A stretch of 58,563 bases of DNA from a virus. Taxonomy: Duplodnaviria > Caudoviricetes. A program made the translations under genes and the position numbers. The stretch spans positions 1-58,563 of the IMG/VR virus record IMGVR_UViG_3300020045_006445; one strand, 5' to 3'. This document shows, piece by piece, positions 25,837 through 35,143 of the stretch. Each line of letters begins with the position of its first letter. Position 1 is the stretch's first letter. The notes under the pieces are model-generated. The model saw only the letters and a program-made list of their open reading frames with translations, had not been told where the DNA came from and ran no database searches.

Positions 25837-27558
25837 ATGTCTTCGGAATTTATCAGAAACAAAACGGGTGCAAATCAAATAGCAACTGCAAGGCGGCAAC
25901 AAAAGCAGCTTAAATACTTTACGCAATCTTCTGTACAGGAAGATATTACAGGGGCTTATTTTTCAGCTTGGGCTCAATCACAATATGCCACTAATGATTT
26001 TTTTCTCAATTGGATCAAAACCTGTTTAAGACAAAAGAACTTTCTATCCGTTTTTAAATTCCTGCGCTATCCATTAGCATCCGCCAAACTCATAAACGAT
26101 GAGGTTAAACCGCAACTGAAACGCGTTTTTTATTCAGAGGACGGTTATTCAAAATACATTATTCGAAATAAAGAGGTTCAGGAACCCGAAGATCTTGAGG
26201 GATCAGAATTCAACGAGCAAATATTTGACGCGCTCCTATTCAACTCAAACGACGTGGTTGTATGCGACCTAAAAGACGTTAATACACCGTATCGTACAAT
26301 AGTGCCGATTGACCGCATTATTGCAATCGAAAGCCATTGTGGGGAAATACATAAAATTGCATACACAGCCGAAATCACATTGCCAAGCGGAGAACGCAGG
26401 ACGGGTTATCTATACATTGACGAAATGCAATATGCTTTTTACGAAAAGGAATCCGACGACATCCCGCTAATTGTTGTACCGCACGATTTGGGTGAATGCC
26501 CTGCTGATTACGTATCGGATGAATCGTGGGATATGGAAAGCGATATTGTGCGTAAAAACATATTCAGTTATGTGCGTACCGATTTGGAGGAATACGTTTT
26601 TCTAAAGGCGTTGCAGCGAATGACTGACGTTAACGGAACTATTCCAGTTGTCACCAAGTTAAAGACTACCGAAGTAAGTAAAGAGGGCAGGATAGCTGAC
26701 GCTGCCAAACAAGAGCCGATGAGCGCAGCAAGCCTGCCGAAATCTGCAAACAAAAACATTGGCAGCGACTTTCCAGAAAGCGAAAGCCCAATGCAGGCAG
26801 GAACGATTTACAACGTTCCACAGATCAAGAAAACAAGCGACGGCAGTATTGATATGGATGTTGTCAAGAACTTCATCAATCATTTTTACACCCCAGTTGA
26901 ATGTTTGAAGTTTTTGAATGAAAGATTGGCCCAAGTTCGGGAAAATATTGTTTCAACAGTTTTGGGTGATTTTACCGAGAGCAGCCAATCGGCAAAGAAT
27001 GAATTGCAGGTCAGTAAAAGTTACGTAAACAAACAGGATAAATTACGCAGCATCAGCAGTGCGTTGTCGCGATTACGTACCAATTCGGATAAGAAGATGT
27101 TGGGATTGAAACACGGCATTGATTCGGTTTACTGTGATTACTTTTTTGGATCTGATTTCTTTTTGGAGACACAACAGGATTTGTTTGATTTGTTCAAGAC
27201 CGCCCCCAATGTCATTGAGCGCAAAAACATTCTTGTTCGTCAATCCCAAAATCGTAACCGCTTCAATCCAGACAGAGCCAAAAAAGATGCGCTATTGTAT
27301 GAGTTATTGCCGTATGCGTCTGATTTGGATTTCACTACCGCATTGGATCAAAACTTGGTAACAGCCGAGAACAAGGTATTGCAGACACAATTCAACTACT
27401 ACGTTGCGTTGTTTGAGGCACAGTACGGTGATATATTGCAATTCTATATGGCTTTGAATTCCAGCAACAGTGAAAAACTGATTGCAATAAAAAACATATT
27501 GTTGGAGTTAATAAAACCAGAGGTGGTAAAAGTTACTGCAATAGCCCCGCAAAATTAA
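25837..27558 (+). CDS. Portal protein
   Basis: 573 aa directly after terL; PHDLGECPA motif; TAAATTTG promoter 25787-25794. Confidence 0.75.
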   Translation: MSSEFIRNKTGANQIATARRQQKQLKYFTQSSVQEDITGAYFSAWAQSQYATNDFFLNWIKTCLRQKNFLSVFKFLRYPLASAKLINDEVKPQLKRVFYSEDGYSKYIIRNKEVQEPEDLEGSEFNEQIFDALLFNSNDVVVCDLKDVNTPYRTIVPIDRIIAIESHCGEIHKIAYTAEITLPSGERRTGYLYIDEMQYAFYEKESDDIPLIVVPHDLGECPADYVSDESWDMESDIVRKNIFSYVRTDLEEYVFLKALQRMTDVNGTIPVVTKLKTTEVSKEGRIADAAKQEPMSAASLPKSANKNIGSDFPESESPMQAGTIYNVPQIKKTSDGSIDMDVVKNFINHFYTPVECLKFLNERLAQVRENIVSTVLGDFTESSQSAKNELQVSKSYVNKQDKLRSISSALSRLRTNSDKKMLGLKHGIDSVYCDYFFGSDFFLETQQDLFDLFKTAPNVIERKNILVRQSQNRNRFNPDRAKKDALLYELLPYASDLDFTTALDQNLVTAENKVLQTQFNYYVALFEAQYGDILQFYMALNSSNSEKLIAIKNILLELIKPEVVKVTAIAPQN

Positions 27559-27560
27559 AT

Positions 27561-27692
27561 TTGCACATAATAAAATAAACATTACATTTGCGTTAAACTG
27601 TGTGAAGATGCACAGCACCTGTTTTTATAATGATAACACCAAAATATACAATCAAAGCCTCTAATCGGATTTAATATCTGATTGGGGCTTTA
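27561..27692 (+). promoter_or_regulatory. Head-operon promoter with hairpin leader
   Basis: TTG 27561, TACATTTG 27583-27590; hairpins CTGTGTGAAGATGCACAG and AAAGCCTCTAATCGGA...TCTGATTGGGGCTTT. Confidence 0.6.
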
Positions 27693-27714
27693 TTCATTTA
27701 AACCATAAAAGACT

Positions 27715-28236
27715 ATGAGTAAGCAAAAGATCAAAGTGGTCGAGTTACAAATCGACAAAGGCGAAAGGAAGTTTGACGAACTTGGCAAATACATTGGCGA
27801 GCGTCAAGCCGTAACGTTCACATACGGCGACACCCAATGGGAAAACAATGTGCGCAACCTGAAACACTTGGGCGCAGTTCGAGTTGAAGTAAAAGCCGCG
27901 TTCGGTCACACCGTAAAGCACAAAGACGAAGAAAACCCAGATTTGGTCTACCAAAACGAGGCGGTCGATGTTTCTGACGAATTGAAGGCCGAGGTTGCAA
28001 AACTATTCAGCAACAAAAAAGAAGTTGAAAATAGCGCAGAGCAAAAGCAGATTGATGAATTGAAAGCGCAGATTGCTGCACTTACCAATCCACAGCCCAA
28101 ACAAGCGCAGACGGCTGATGCAAACGTCAGTGACCTTGACAAGTTGCACGCCGATTTTAAAGCCAAGTTTGATCGCGCTGTGCCGGTAAACAAAAAGAAC
28201 GATGTTGAATGGATTAAAAACGAACTTGCCAAATGA
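27715..28236 (+). CDS. Hypothetical head-region protein
   Basis: Coiled coil plus C-terminal VPVNKKND-EWI small domain. Confidence 0.65.
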   Translation: MSKQKIKVVELQIDKGERKFDELGKYIGERQAVTFTYGDTQWENNVRNLKHLGAVRVEVKAAFGHTVKHKDEENPDLVYQNEAVDVSDELKAEVAKLFSNKKEVENSAEQKQIDELKAQIAALTNPQPKQAQTADANVSDLDKLHADFKAKFDRAVPVNKKNDVEWIKNELAK

Positions 28237-28565
28237 AAGTACTTGTAAAAGTAATGGCAAACCGTTTGGACATTGCCAGGATTACCGAAGAAAACCGCGT
28301 TAACGATGCAAATTGGATTGTTGCTTTTGAGCAGGACAATTCAATCGGTAAGTTTGTTCCACAAGAGGTTCCGGGGCCAGTTATCGAAGAACGCCCAATG
28401 TATTTGGACGCTTATGGCATTGAGCAGGCTTACGAGCACGAAAACGGAATGATTGCAATGTTCTACAAAGGGCGCGAATTGTTGGCTGTTAAAACCGATG
28501 AATTGCTTGCAACGCTCGAAATTCGTTTTGCAGAAAACATAATTGAACCCAAAGGCGACGCGTAA
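28233..28565 (+). CDS. Hypothetical protein
   Basis: Coupled ORF. Confidence 0.6.
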   Translation: MKVLVKVMANRLDIARITEENRVNDANWIVAFEQDNSIGKFVPQEVPGPVIEERPMYLDAYGIEQAYEHENGMIAMFYKGRELLAVKTDELLATLEIRFAENIIEPKGDA

Positions 28566-28759
28566 TGGCAAATTTTGTAAATGGCAAAGGATGTTTGATT
28601 AATGTTGATTTGGTTCAACAGGTCAAGTTTGACGACTTAAACAAGTCGATCACTTTTATGATGAACGACAGCCGTTCGGAGTTTGAGGAATACCCAAGCC
28701 AACAAGCCTACGATGACGCAAAAGCACAGATAAATACATTACTAATAGCAATACCATAA
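28565..28759 (+). CDS. Hypothetical protein
   Basis: Coupled ORF. Confidence 0.55.
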   Translation: MANFVNGKGCLINVDLVQQVKFDDLNKSITFMMNDSRSEFEEYPSQQAYDDAKAQINTLLIAIP

Positions 28760-28769
28760 AAAAGACTTT

Positions 28770-29669
28770 ATGACAGATTTTATCACAGCCGAAAAGGCAA
28801 CGGAGTTGGGATTATCAGAAGACCAAATTAAAGGAATTACACCTTTGTATGAAGAACACATTGCAGGGCTTAAACAGTCTTTCAGTTCCGAGGCAACTAC
28901 CAACGCAGAAAAGATTATCAGCGGCGCAATCGAAAGCACGCAAAAGAAATACGGAATTGAACTGCCGCGCAATCAAGGCGAAAAAAACGCCGATTATTTA
29001 TCGCGTTTGAACGACAAGGTTGTTGAGGACAACAAAACAAAGATCGGGCAACTTGAGCAGGAATACCAAACCAAGTTGAAAGAGTTTGACGGTGGCAGCG
29101 CAACGAAAGCGGAACTGGCAAAAGCAAAACAAGACCTCGATACAGCGCAACAAAAGTTGGTTGAGTTCGACGGCTACAAAGAGAAAGCCGATAAGTACGA
29201 ACCACTTGCAGAGCAGTACAATTCATTACAAGGGCGTGTGTTTTTCCAAAACGACAAGCCGCAATTTCCTGAAACGGTGAACAAATACGAAGCTGACGCG
29301 AAGTGGACTGCATTCACAAAAGCATTTGATGAAAAGTGGGAAAAGTCATTTGACGAAAACGGTAAAAGCATTGCTGTATCAAAGGAAAACCCGCATTTGA
29401 AAAAACCGCTTGCCGAACTTATCGCAGCCGATACCGAACTTACTTCGCTATTGGCAGGCAGACAACAACGCGGAATGGGAAGTAACCATATTGACCTGAA
29501 CAAGGTTGACGGATTGGATTTCGAAGTGCCTGTAAAAGCAGATAGCGCAGCACTAACAAAAGCAGTAGATGATTATCTCGTTAGAAAAGGCGTGTCAAAG
29601 ACGAGCGCAGAGTACGGCGAACAATTTGGGGAACTTTACAAAAAAGCAAAGGAAGCCTCGCATAAATAA
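28770..29669 (+). CDS. Putative capsid scaffolding protein
   Basis: Charged coiled-coil protein immediately upstream of the capsid candidate. Confidence 0.6.
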   Translation: MTDFITAEKATELGLSEDQIKGITPLYEEHIAGLKQSFSSEATTNAEKIISGAIESTQKKYGIELPRNQGEKNADYLSRLNDKVVEDNKTKIGQLEQEYQTKLKEFDGGSATKAELAKAKQDLDTAQQKLVEFDGYKEKADKYEPLAEQYNSLQGRVFFQNDKPQFPETVNKYEADAKWTAFTKAFDEKWEKSFDENGKSIAVSKENPHLKKPLAELIAADTELTSLLAGRQQRGMGSNHIDLNKVDGLDFEVPVKADSAALTKAVDDYLVRKGVSKTSAEYGEQFGELYKKAKEASHK

Positions 29670-29729
29670 AAGCAGCGAAAGACCGCGACGGACAAACAAA
29701 AGTATTATTAACACAAATTCTTAAAAAGT

Positions 29730-30803
29730 ATGAATTTAGATGCAACAGTCTGGAACGACATACAACTTGATTACGCAACCAATGACAAACGGTTTTCACC
29801 GTTGGGCGTTATCGACCTTGTAAAAGATTCTGGCAAATCCATCGATTGGCTTAGACCAAGCGATAGGGAAAAACTGCAATCTGTTTCCTCTTTGCAAAAT
29901 GTAAGAATTCCTGTTATTGAAGACCAGACCGTAACGGTTTTGACTACTCCAGGATTCAACTACATTCCATCAAACTTGGAAACGTCTGCAAATTATTATT
30001 TCCAAGCCTACGACGTATTCACAGGAATGCGCCACTTTCCAGCGGCTTACGACAACAACCAAATCGACGAGAAGTACGCAATGGAGCAAAAGATGAAAAA
30101 CATCGCTTACGTGGCAGGACAATCAATCGAGGGTATTCTCGTAACCAATTTGGAGGCTCGCAAATCGCAACAACTTGGTTTTACCACACAGGTGTCACAG
30201 GGCGACGGAACTTACTCTTTCAGCACATCTACCGATACGTTAACCGTATCAAAGGCTGCGCAGAAAGATGGTATGTTTTTCTACCTTGAAAGCCTTATGG
30301 CCGCTAACGATTTGAGCGGAAATTATCGCATGGTTACATCGCGTGGCGGTACAGCTACTTTGCGAGCCGAGTATTTGAAATACGGAGCAGGCAACGACAA
30401 GAACTTACAGGCTTTGTTTCAATTGCCAATGGATCGTTTGTATGAGACAAGCGCAATTTCACCCGGTTCTGATGTATTCAGCGGCTTTTTGGTTCGCGAC
30501 GGTGCAATCGGAATGATCGAAAACTACCCTTACGATTTCCGCGCAGGAACTGACTTGGGTGGTCGTAAATGGTCAATTTCAAATCAGGAAATGCCGTTTG
30601 CAAGATTACGTGCAAACATCTATGTGAACAACGAACCAACAGAGGCAACAAGTTTGTTTTCAGTTGGCACGGATTCAAATATGATTATGACACACGTTAA
30701 GGAAATGGCAATCTGGTTCAGGTTCTACGTTCTTTACCGTTACAACGGCAGTCTTTCGACCCGCGCAAACGACATCGTGAAAGTAGTAGGAGCAACATCT
30801 TAA
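29730..30803 (+). CDS. Putative major capsid protein
   Basis: 357 aa, position after scaffold, high-expression codon style. Confidence 0.7.
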   Translation: MNLDATVWNDIQLDYATNDKRFSPLGVIDLVKDSGKSIDWLRPSDREKLQSVSSLQNVRIPVIEDQTVTVLTTPGFNYIPSNLETSANYYFQAYDVFTGMRHFPAAYDNNQIDEKYAMEQKMKNIAYVAGQSIEGILVTNLEARKSQQLGFTTQVSQGDGTYSFSTSTDTLTVSKAAQKDGMFFYLESLMAANDLSGNYRMVTSRGGTATLRAEYLKYGAGNDKNLQALFQLPMDRLYETSAISPGSDVFSGFLVRDGAIGMIENYPYDFRAGTDLGGRKWSISNQEMPFARLRANIYVNNEPTEATSLFSVGTDSNMIMTHVKEMAIWFRFYVLYRYNGSLSTRANDIVKVVGATS

Positions 30804-30815
30804 ATTTAAAGAGAA

Positions 30816-31244
30816 ATGGAAACAAAAGCAAACAGAACGTTGCCCAACGGCGACCAGACTGAACTCGCAACAGCCGAGAACATTGTAAACATTACTGCTG
30901 CTACAGCCTTAACAAAATACCAAAGTGGTCAAACGTTTATCCTAAAAGCCGCAGCAGGCGCAGCTATTACGCTTCCTGCCGTTGCTGATAAATGGGATTT
31001 TCGTTTTATTACTGGTTTGGCTTTTGCCACAACAGCTTGGACTATCACGGCGGCAACGCAGGTGATTCAAGGCGGCGCAATCGTCAACAGTACTTTCGTG
31101 CCGGCAGCAAACGAGAACGTAATTACATTCGTAGCAACAGCCGAAACGCTCGGTGATTACATCGATGTTGTATCTGACGGTACAAACATTTATGTAAACG
31201 GAGTGGCTACTGCTGCGGGTGCAATCACATTTACAGCGGTATAA
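30816..31244 (+). CDS. Putative capsid decoration protein
   Basis: Ala/Thr-rich beta protein (SGQTFIL-AAAGAAITLPA...GDYIDVVSDGT) after the capsid gene. Confidence 0.6.
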   Translation: METKANRTLPNGDQTELATAENIVNITAATALTKYQSGQTFILKAAAGAAITLPAVADKWDFRFITGLAFATTAWTITAATQVIQGGAIVNSTFVPAANENVITFVATAETLGDYIDVVSDGTNIYVNGVATAAGAITFTAV

Positions 31245-31246
31245 AA

Positions 31247-32380
31247 ATGATAGTAGGTATAACAGAAGATTGGACGGTCAACACGATATGGGATGCGGAA
31301 ATAACCGCAACACCATCGAGCGGGCTATATGTAAACGTTGGCACTCATCCGAGTATCACGCTTAACAATCTTCTGTCATTCCTGCCATTATTGGACGCAA
31401 CCATTTCGGATTGGTCAAACAGTCAAACGTACGGCAAATACAACGACGGAAAAGCCCGAACAAACCTAGTCAAAAAGGCTGGTGTCATTTACCAATCATT
31501 AAAAGCGATTAATCTTAACCACGACCCAGACGAGCCGAATTCCACTTGGTGGATGGCAACCAATTTGGAAAGCTTAAGGTTAAAAAACTTTATCGACAAG
31601 GTAATTGCTCGCGTAACTTCTGAATTGCATTTGACAAAGCGACTGGTAAACAGCCAAAGCATTTACGAAATCGGCAACAGAACTGTACCATTGCCCGCAA
31701 ATTATGCGGCTTGGATATTTCAGGCAAAGGGAAGTGATTACGTAAAGATCAGGATTAACCAGATTTCATTGCAAAAAAGCGGGGTAACGCCCGTTGATTT
31801 GTATGTGGTAAATCAGGGTGTTTTGGTTGACACGTTGCAGGTAACGCCAAACAACGGTCAGGTATCTTTTCAGGATTTGGGATATGAGTTTTCGGGGCAG
31901 GGCGATTGGCGTTTCATTATTGATTCGACCGATATTCTAACCGCTAACGAGTTTATCAATCCTTTGCAATACGATGGCTTTATTGTTTACCCATCAACAG
32001 GTACAGGAACATCACCAGAAACTGCGAATTTCAACATTGGAAGCGTAGGAAATGGATTGGGCATGAATGTAACTGCCTTTTTGGATAGCAGCCTTTGGGT
32101 CACAAACAACTTATCGGAACTGGGTAATTTTGTTCGCGCAGCCTTTGAATTAATGGCTTTTGAAATGTTTTTGTCCAATTCCAACAATCGAAGCAATGCA
32201 GATGAGCGCATTCAGATGGATAGGCAAATATTGTTCACAGAGACCAAAGATTTACTGGCAAATACAGCGGCAAAAAGATTCAAGGACGAAAAGAAACTTG
32301 CAATGCAGCAGTTGAGCAAAACCTTTGACACGCAATTGTTTCAATCCGACGATATGGCAATTGAAATCGACGCGGTATGA
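31247..32380 (+). CDS. Putative head-tail connector/structural protein
   Basis: Position; internal carbohydrate-binding-like W...Y...V...G-IY-SL...N-NH-P...WW module. Confidence 0.5.
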   Translation: MIVGITEDWTVNTIWDAEITATPSSGLYVNVGTHPSITLNNLLSFLPLLDATISDWSNSQTYGKYNDGKARTNLVKKAGVIYQSLKAINLNHDPDEPNSTWWMATNLESLRLKNFIDKVIARVTSELHLTKRLVNSQSIYEIGNRTVPLPANYAAWIFQAKGSDYVKIRINQISLQKSGVTPVDLYVVNQGVLVDTLQVTPNNGQVSFQDLGYEFSGQGDWRFIIDSTDILTANEFINPLQYDGFIVYPSTGTGTSPETANFNIGSVGNGLGMNVTAFLDSSLWVTNNLSELGNFVRAAFELMAFEMFLSNSNNRSNADERIQMDRQILFTETKDLLANTAAKRFKDEKKLAMQQLSKTFDTQLFQSDDMAIEIDAV

Positions 32381-32904
32381 TCTACGCAAAAACAAACCCA
32401 ACAGGACTCGATGCAGTCATTGCAACGGTGCAAACCAAGTTAATGACACTTGAAACACTTTGGGGCGTTGAGCTGGATGGTTATCCACGTTGTTACCCAA
32501 CGGAACGCAACGGTAAAAAAGGCGTTGAGCATTACGTAGGGGTGAACGAGTACAGCGGCAATTTGATTGTCGGGGAGCGGAATAAGTTTTTTTTTACTGC
32601 GGAATCTAGAGAAACAACAACCGATTTTAAACACTATTCAGCAGATTGTGAACTTTATTTTGTTGTTGATTTACCACAATGCAAACCTCAAATTACACAC
32701 AGAGGAGATCAAGAAGTCAGAACTGATGTATTGTTTATTTTAGACAATATGTCGGGGGTTAAAGTAAAAGAGGTTTGGAAAGATGTAGAAGACGTTTTCA
32801 ATGGTTTTGATTACGAATACGCGTCTTTTATGCATCCAAAACACGCTTTTAGAATAACCTTTGAGGCTATTGGTTTTTTCCAAAATCAAACTAATTGTAC
32901 ATAA
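32377..32904 (+). CDS. Putative tail terminator/neck protein
   Basis: Size and position before the major tail candidate. Confidence 0.45.
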   Translation: MIYAKTNPTGLDAVIATVQTKLMTLETLWGVELDGYPRCYPTERNGKKGVEHYVGVNEYSGNLIVGERNKFFFTAESRETTTDFKHYSADCELYFVVDLPQCKPQITHRGDQEVRTDVLFILDNMSGVKVKEVWKDVEDVFNGFDYEYASFMHPKHAFRITFEAIGFFQNQTNCT

Positions 32905-32907
32905 ATT

Positions 32908-33069
32908 ATGGCAACAGAAGAAAAAGCACCAAAAGAAACGGCGCAAACCTTTACAGTAATTGCGAATGGTGGTGTAACAACCGACAAGCATTACTCGCGC
33001 GGCAGTAAAATTGAACTGACCGACAAAAAACAAATCAAAGTATTAACCACTAATAAACTTATCAAGTAA
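32908..33069 (+). CDS. Small structural-region protein (53 aa, not in ORF track)
   Basis: MATEEKAPKE...KHYSRGSKIEL; stop overlaps the next ATG. Confidence 0.5.
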   Translation: MATEEKAPKETAQTFTVIANGGVTTDKHYSRGSKIELTDKKQIKVLTTNKLIK

Positions 33070-33974
33070 TGGCAAATCCAACAGGTTTAAACGTTGTTGA
33101 TTGTTCAGCACAGGGCGCAAAAGGTTCTGGTTTGGCAGGTTGCAAGACTGACCGCAAGCGCGTATCGGTTTTGTATTTCTTTCCTCCAGACCACGTATTC
33201 GACCAGGACATCGACTTGGCATATATGCAAGCACAACAAGTCGCAGGCAATCTAATTGTTTTGGAGGGCGTTGTTTCCTTTGTGGATTCAACACCAGACG
33301 ATACAATCACAGCCCGAGAGGGTTCTGGAATTAAATCGCTTGTAGGGCAATTTCCTTACGAGTACACCGCAACATTCGATAACGGGTTCTTGTTTCAGCA
33401 GTTTTTGGAAAGCGTAAGCGGAAACGGTAACTACTCACTTGTAGTAGGTGACGTTGATGATCGTTTGTGGTTCACAAAGAGCCGTGCAGGGGTTGCAAAA
33501 CCTTTTACAATGGGTATGCACCAAGCGGGAAAATATTTGGGCAACGACGGCACAAACCTTTCGTCTGAAACATTGTTCATTCAATTGACAGACCGTAAGG
33601 AAATCGACGCGCGTATGGTTACGTTGAAGCCAGATGACTTTGGTTCAAGCGACCTCAAAGGCGTTAATGATGTAACAATCACAATCGACCCAATTACAGC
33701 CCCGTCAACATCTTTGGTGTTTTCACCACTTTTGAACGACGGAACGCACATGGCAAAAGGATTGGTTGCAGGCGATTACGTGTTTACCAAAAACGGAACT
33801 GTTATCACGCCAACAATTTTGGCAGACGAAACAACCAAGAAAGTTACCGCAACACTTGCGGCAGCTTCGACGGCAGCAGACGTTTATACAGTCAAGATCG
33901 ACGGAATTGTATTGATTTCAGTTTCAGAAATACTGTACAAAACGCCAGCGGTTGCAACGGTAGTAGCGGGGTAA
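33069..33974 (+). CDS. Putative major tail protein
   Basis: 301 aa with C-terminal Ig-like Thr/Ala-rich region, followed by a terminator, upstream of the tape measure. Confidence 0.6.
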   Translation: MANPTGLNVVDCSAQGAKGSGLAGCKTDRKRVSVLYFFPPDHVFDQDIDLAYMQAQQVAGNLIVLEGVVSFVDSTPDDTITAREGSGIKSLVGQFPYEYTATFDNGFLFQQFLESVSGNGNYSLVVGDVDDRLWFTKSRAGVAKPFTMGMHQAGKYLGNDGTNLSSETLFIQLTDRKEIDARMVTLKPDDFGSSDLKGVNDVTITIDPITAPSTSLVFSPLLNDGTHMAKGLVAGDYVFTKNGTVITPTILADETTKKVTATLAAASTAADVYTVKIDGIVLISVSEILYKTPAVATVVAG

Positions 33975-33995
33975 TTCAAGACAACACAACTATTT

Positions 33996-34026
33996 AAAAG
34001 CCGTTCTTAACCGTACGGCTTTTTTT
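33996..34026 (+). terminator. Intrinsic terminator
   Basis: AAAAGCCGT...ACGGCTTTTTTT. Confidence 0.8.
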
Positions 34027-34040
34027 ATTACTTTTGGATT

Positions 34041-34481
34041 ATGGCAAACGGCACTACCATACGCGATTATCTTGAGGCTGCAAAGAAAGTACGCAGGGAA
34101 ATCCCTGACGAAACACAGCGCATTATTATGGTTAATAAGGAGTTTATTCTGGATTTGAACCGCGAGGCACAGTTGTTTGACAAAGGCATTGATTCGGACG
34201 GTAACAGGTTGCGACCTTACACGCCAACAACCATACAATTTAAGCGCGCAAAAGGTGAGGTTTACAATAGAACGACTTTGCTCGATACGGGAGCGTTTTA
34301 TAAAGGCTTTGATTTACTAAACCGAAACAATACATTGTCGATATTCAGTCGCGACGGTAAAAGCGCAGAATTAGTAGAGAAGTACGGCAACATATTTGGA
34401 CTCACAAAGGAAAATCAAAAACGCTTCGATCAGGACATACTCAAAAAAGAACTTGATGCGTTTATCTCAAAAACTCTTTAA
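34041..34481 (+). CDS. Putative tail completion/neck protein
   Basis: LDLNR-QL...Y---T---K--KG....TLLDTGAFY, KYG-IFGLT; TACTTTTG at 34029. Confidence 0.6.
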   Translation: MANGTTIRDYLEAAKKVRREIPDETQRIIMVNKEFILDLNREAQLFDKGIDSDGNRLRPYTPTTIQFKRAKGEVYNRTTLLDTGAFYKGFDLLNRNNTLSIFSRDGKSAELVEKYGNIFGLTKENQKRFDQDILKKELDAFISKTL

Positions 34482-34483
34482 TT

Positions 34484-35143
34484 ATGGCACAATACACAGG
34501 CAAAAAAGGCAATAAAACCATTCGGATCGAGGAAGCATATGGCGGCATCGCGACGCTGCCGCTTTATAATTTCGATATGTACCGAAAAACAGGCGATTCA
34601 AATTGGTTTATCATTGGCTATACAGGCAAAGAAACCAAGCTCGAAGAACATTTATTAAAACCTGTTGAGGCTCGGATAAATAATGAGTACTACGAGGCTG
34701 TACAGGATCGAAGCTTTGAACTTATGATGGGTCGCATGGCAAAGATCAGTGTGTTGATTGCAAAGTACAAACGATGTTCAGTTCTTATTGACCGTGTGGC
34801 GATGGGTTTTGGCAACTCAGAGGCGCAATTAACCGCGCGTTATCTCTTTATGAAGCAACTTAACGACGAGGGCTTTAAGATGCCGTTGGTTGCTTCGATT
34901 ATGGATGACTTCGAAGCCCTGACAATTGCCAAGCAACAACTTGAGGGCATCAAGACCAAAATAGACCTTTTAAGCGATCAAAACAAAGCAGCCGAGAACA
35001 AGGTATCTATGACGCTGGAAAAACAGTTGTTGATTATATCAATGGGCTTACAATTGGGTTATCGAATCAATCCCCGCGAGACGGTTGTACTTGAATGGAT
35101 CGAAATGAATAAATTACTGGAGGAAAAATCTAAACTGAACTAA
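34484..35143 (+). CDS. Putative tail assembly chaperone
   Basis: Immediately upstream of the tape measure. Confidence 0.45.
   Translation: MAQYTGKKGNKTIRIEEAYGGIATLPLYNFDMYRKTGDSNWFIIGYTGKETKLEEHLLKPVEARINNEYYEAVQDRSFELMMGRMAKISVLIAKYKRCSVLIDRVAMGFGNSEAQLTARYLFMKQLNDEGFKMPLVASIMDDFEALTIAKQQLEGIKTKIDLLSDQNKAAENKVSMTLEKQLLIISMGLQLGYRINPRETVVLEWIEMNKLLEEKSKLN

Noticed and set aside
33996-34010. Shared AAAAGCCGTTCTTA between terminators at 33996 and 48468
   Set aside because: Short and explained by common terminator composition.
34484-35143. Programmed frameshift in the tail chaperone
   Set aside because: A single ORF abuts the tape measure start; no second overlapping frame or clear slippery site is needed.
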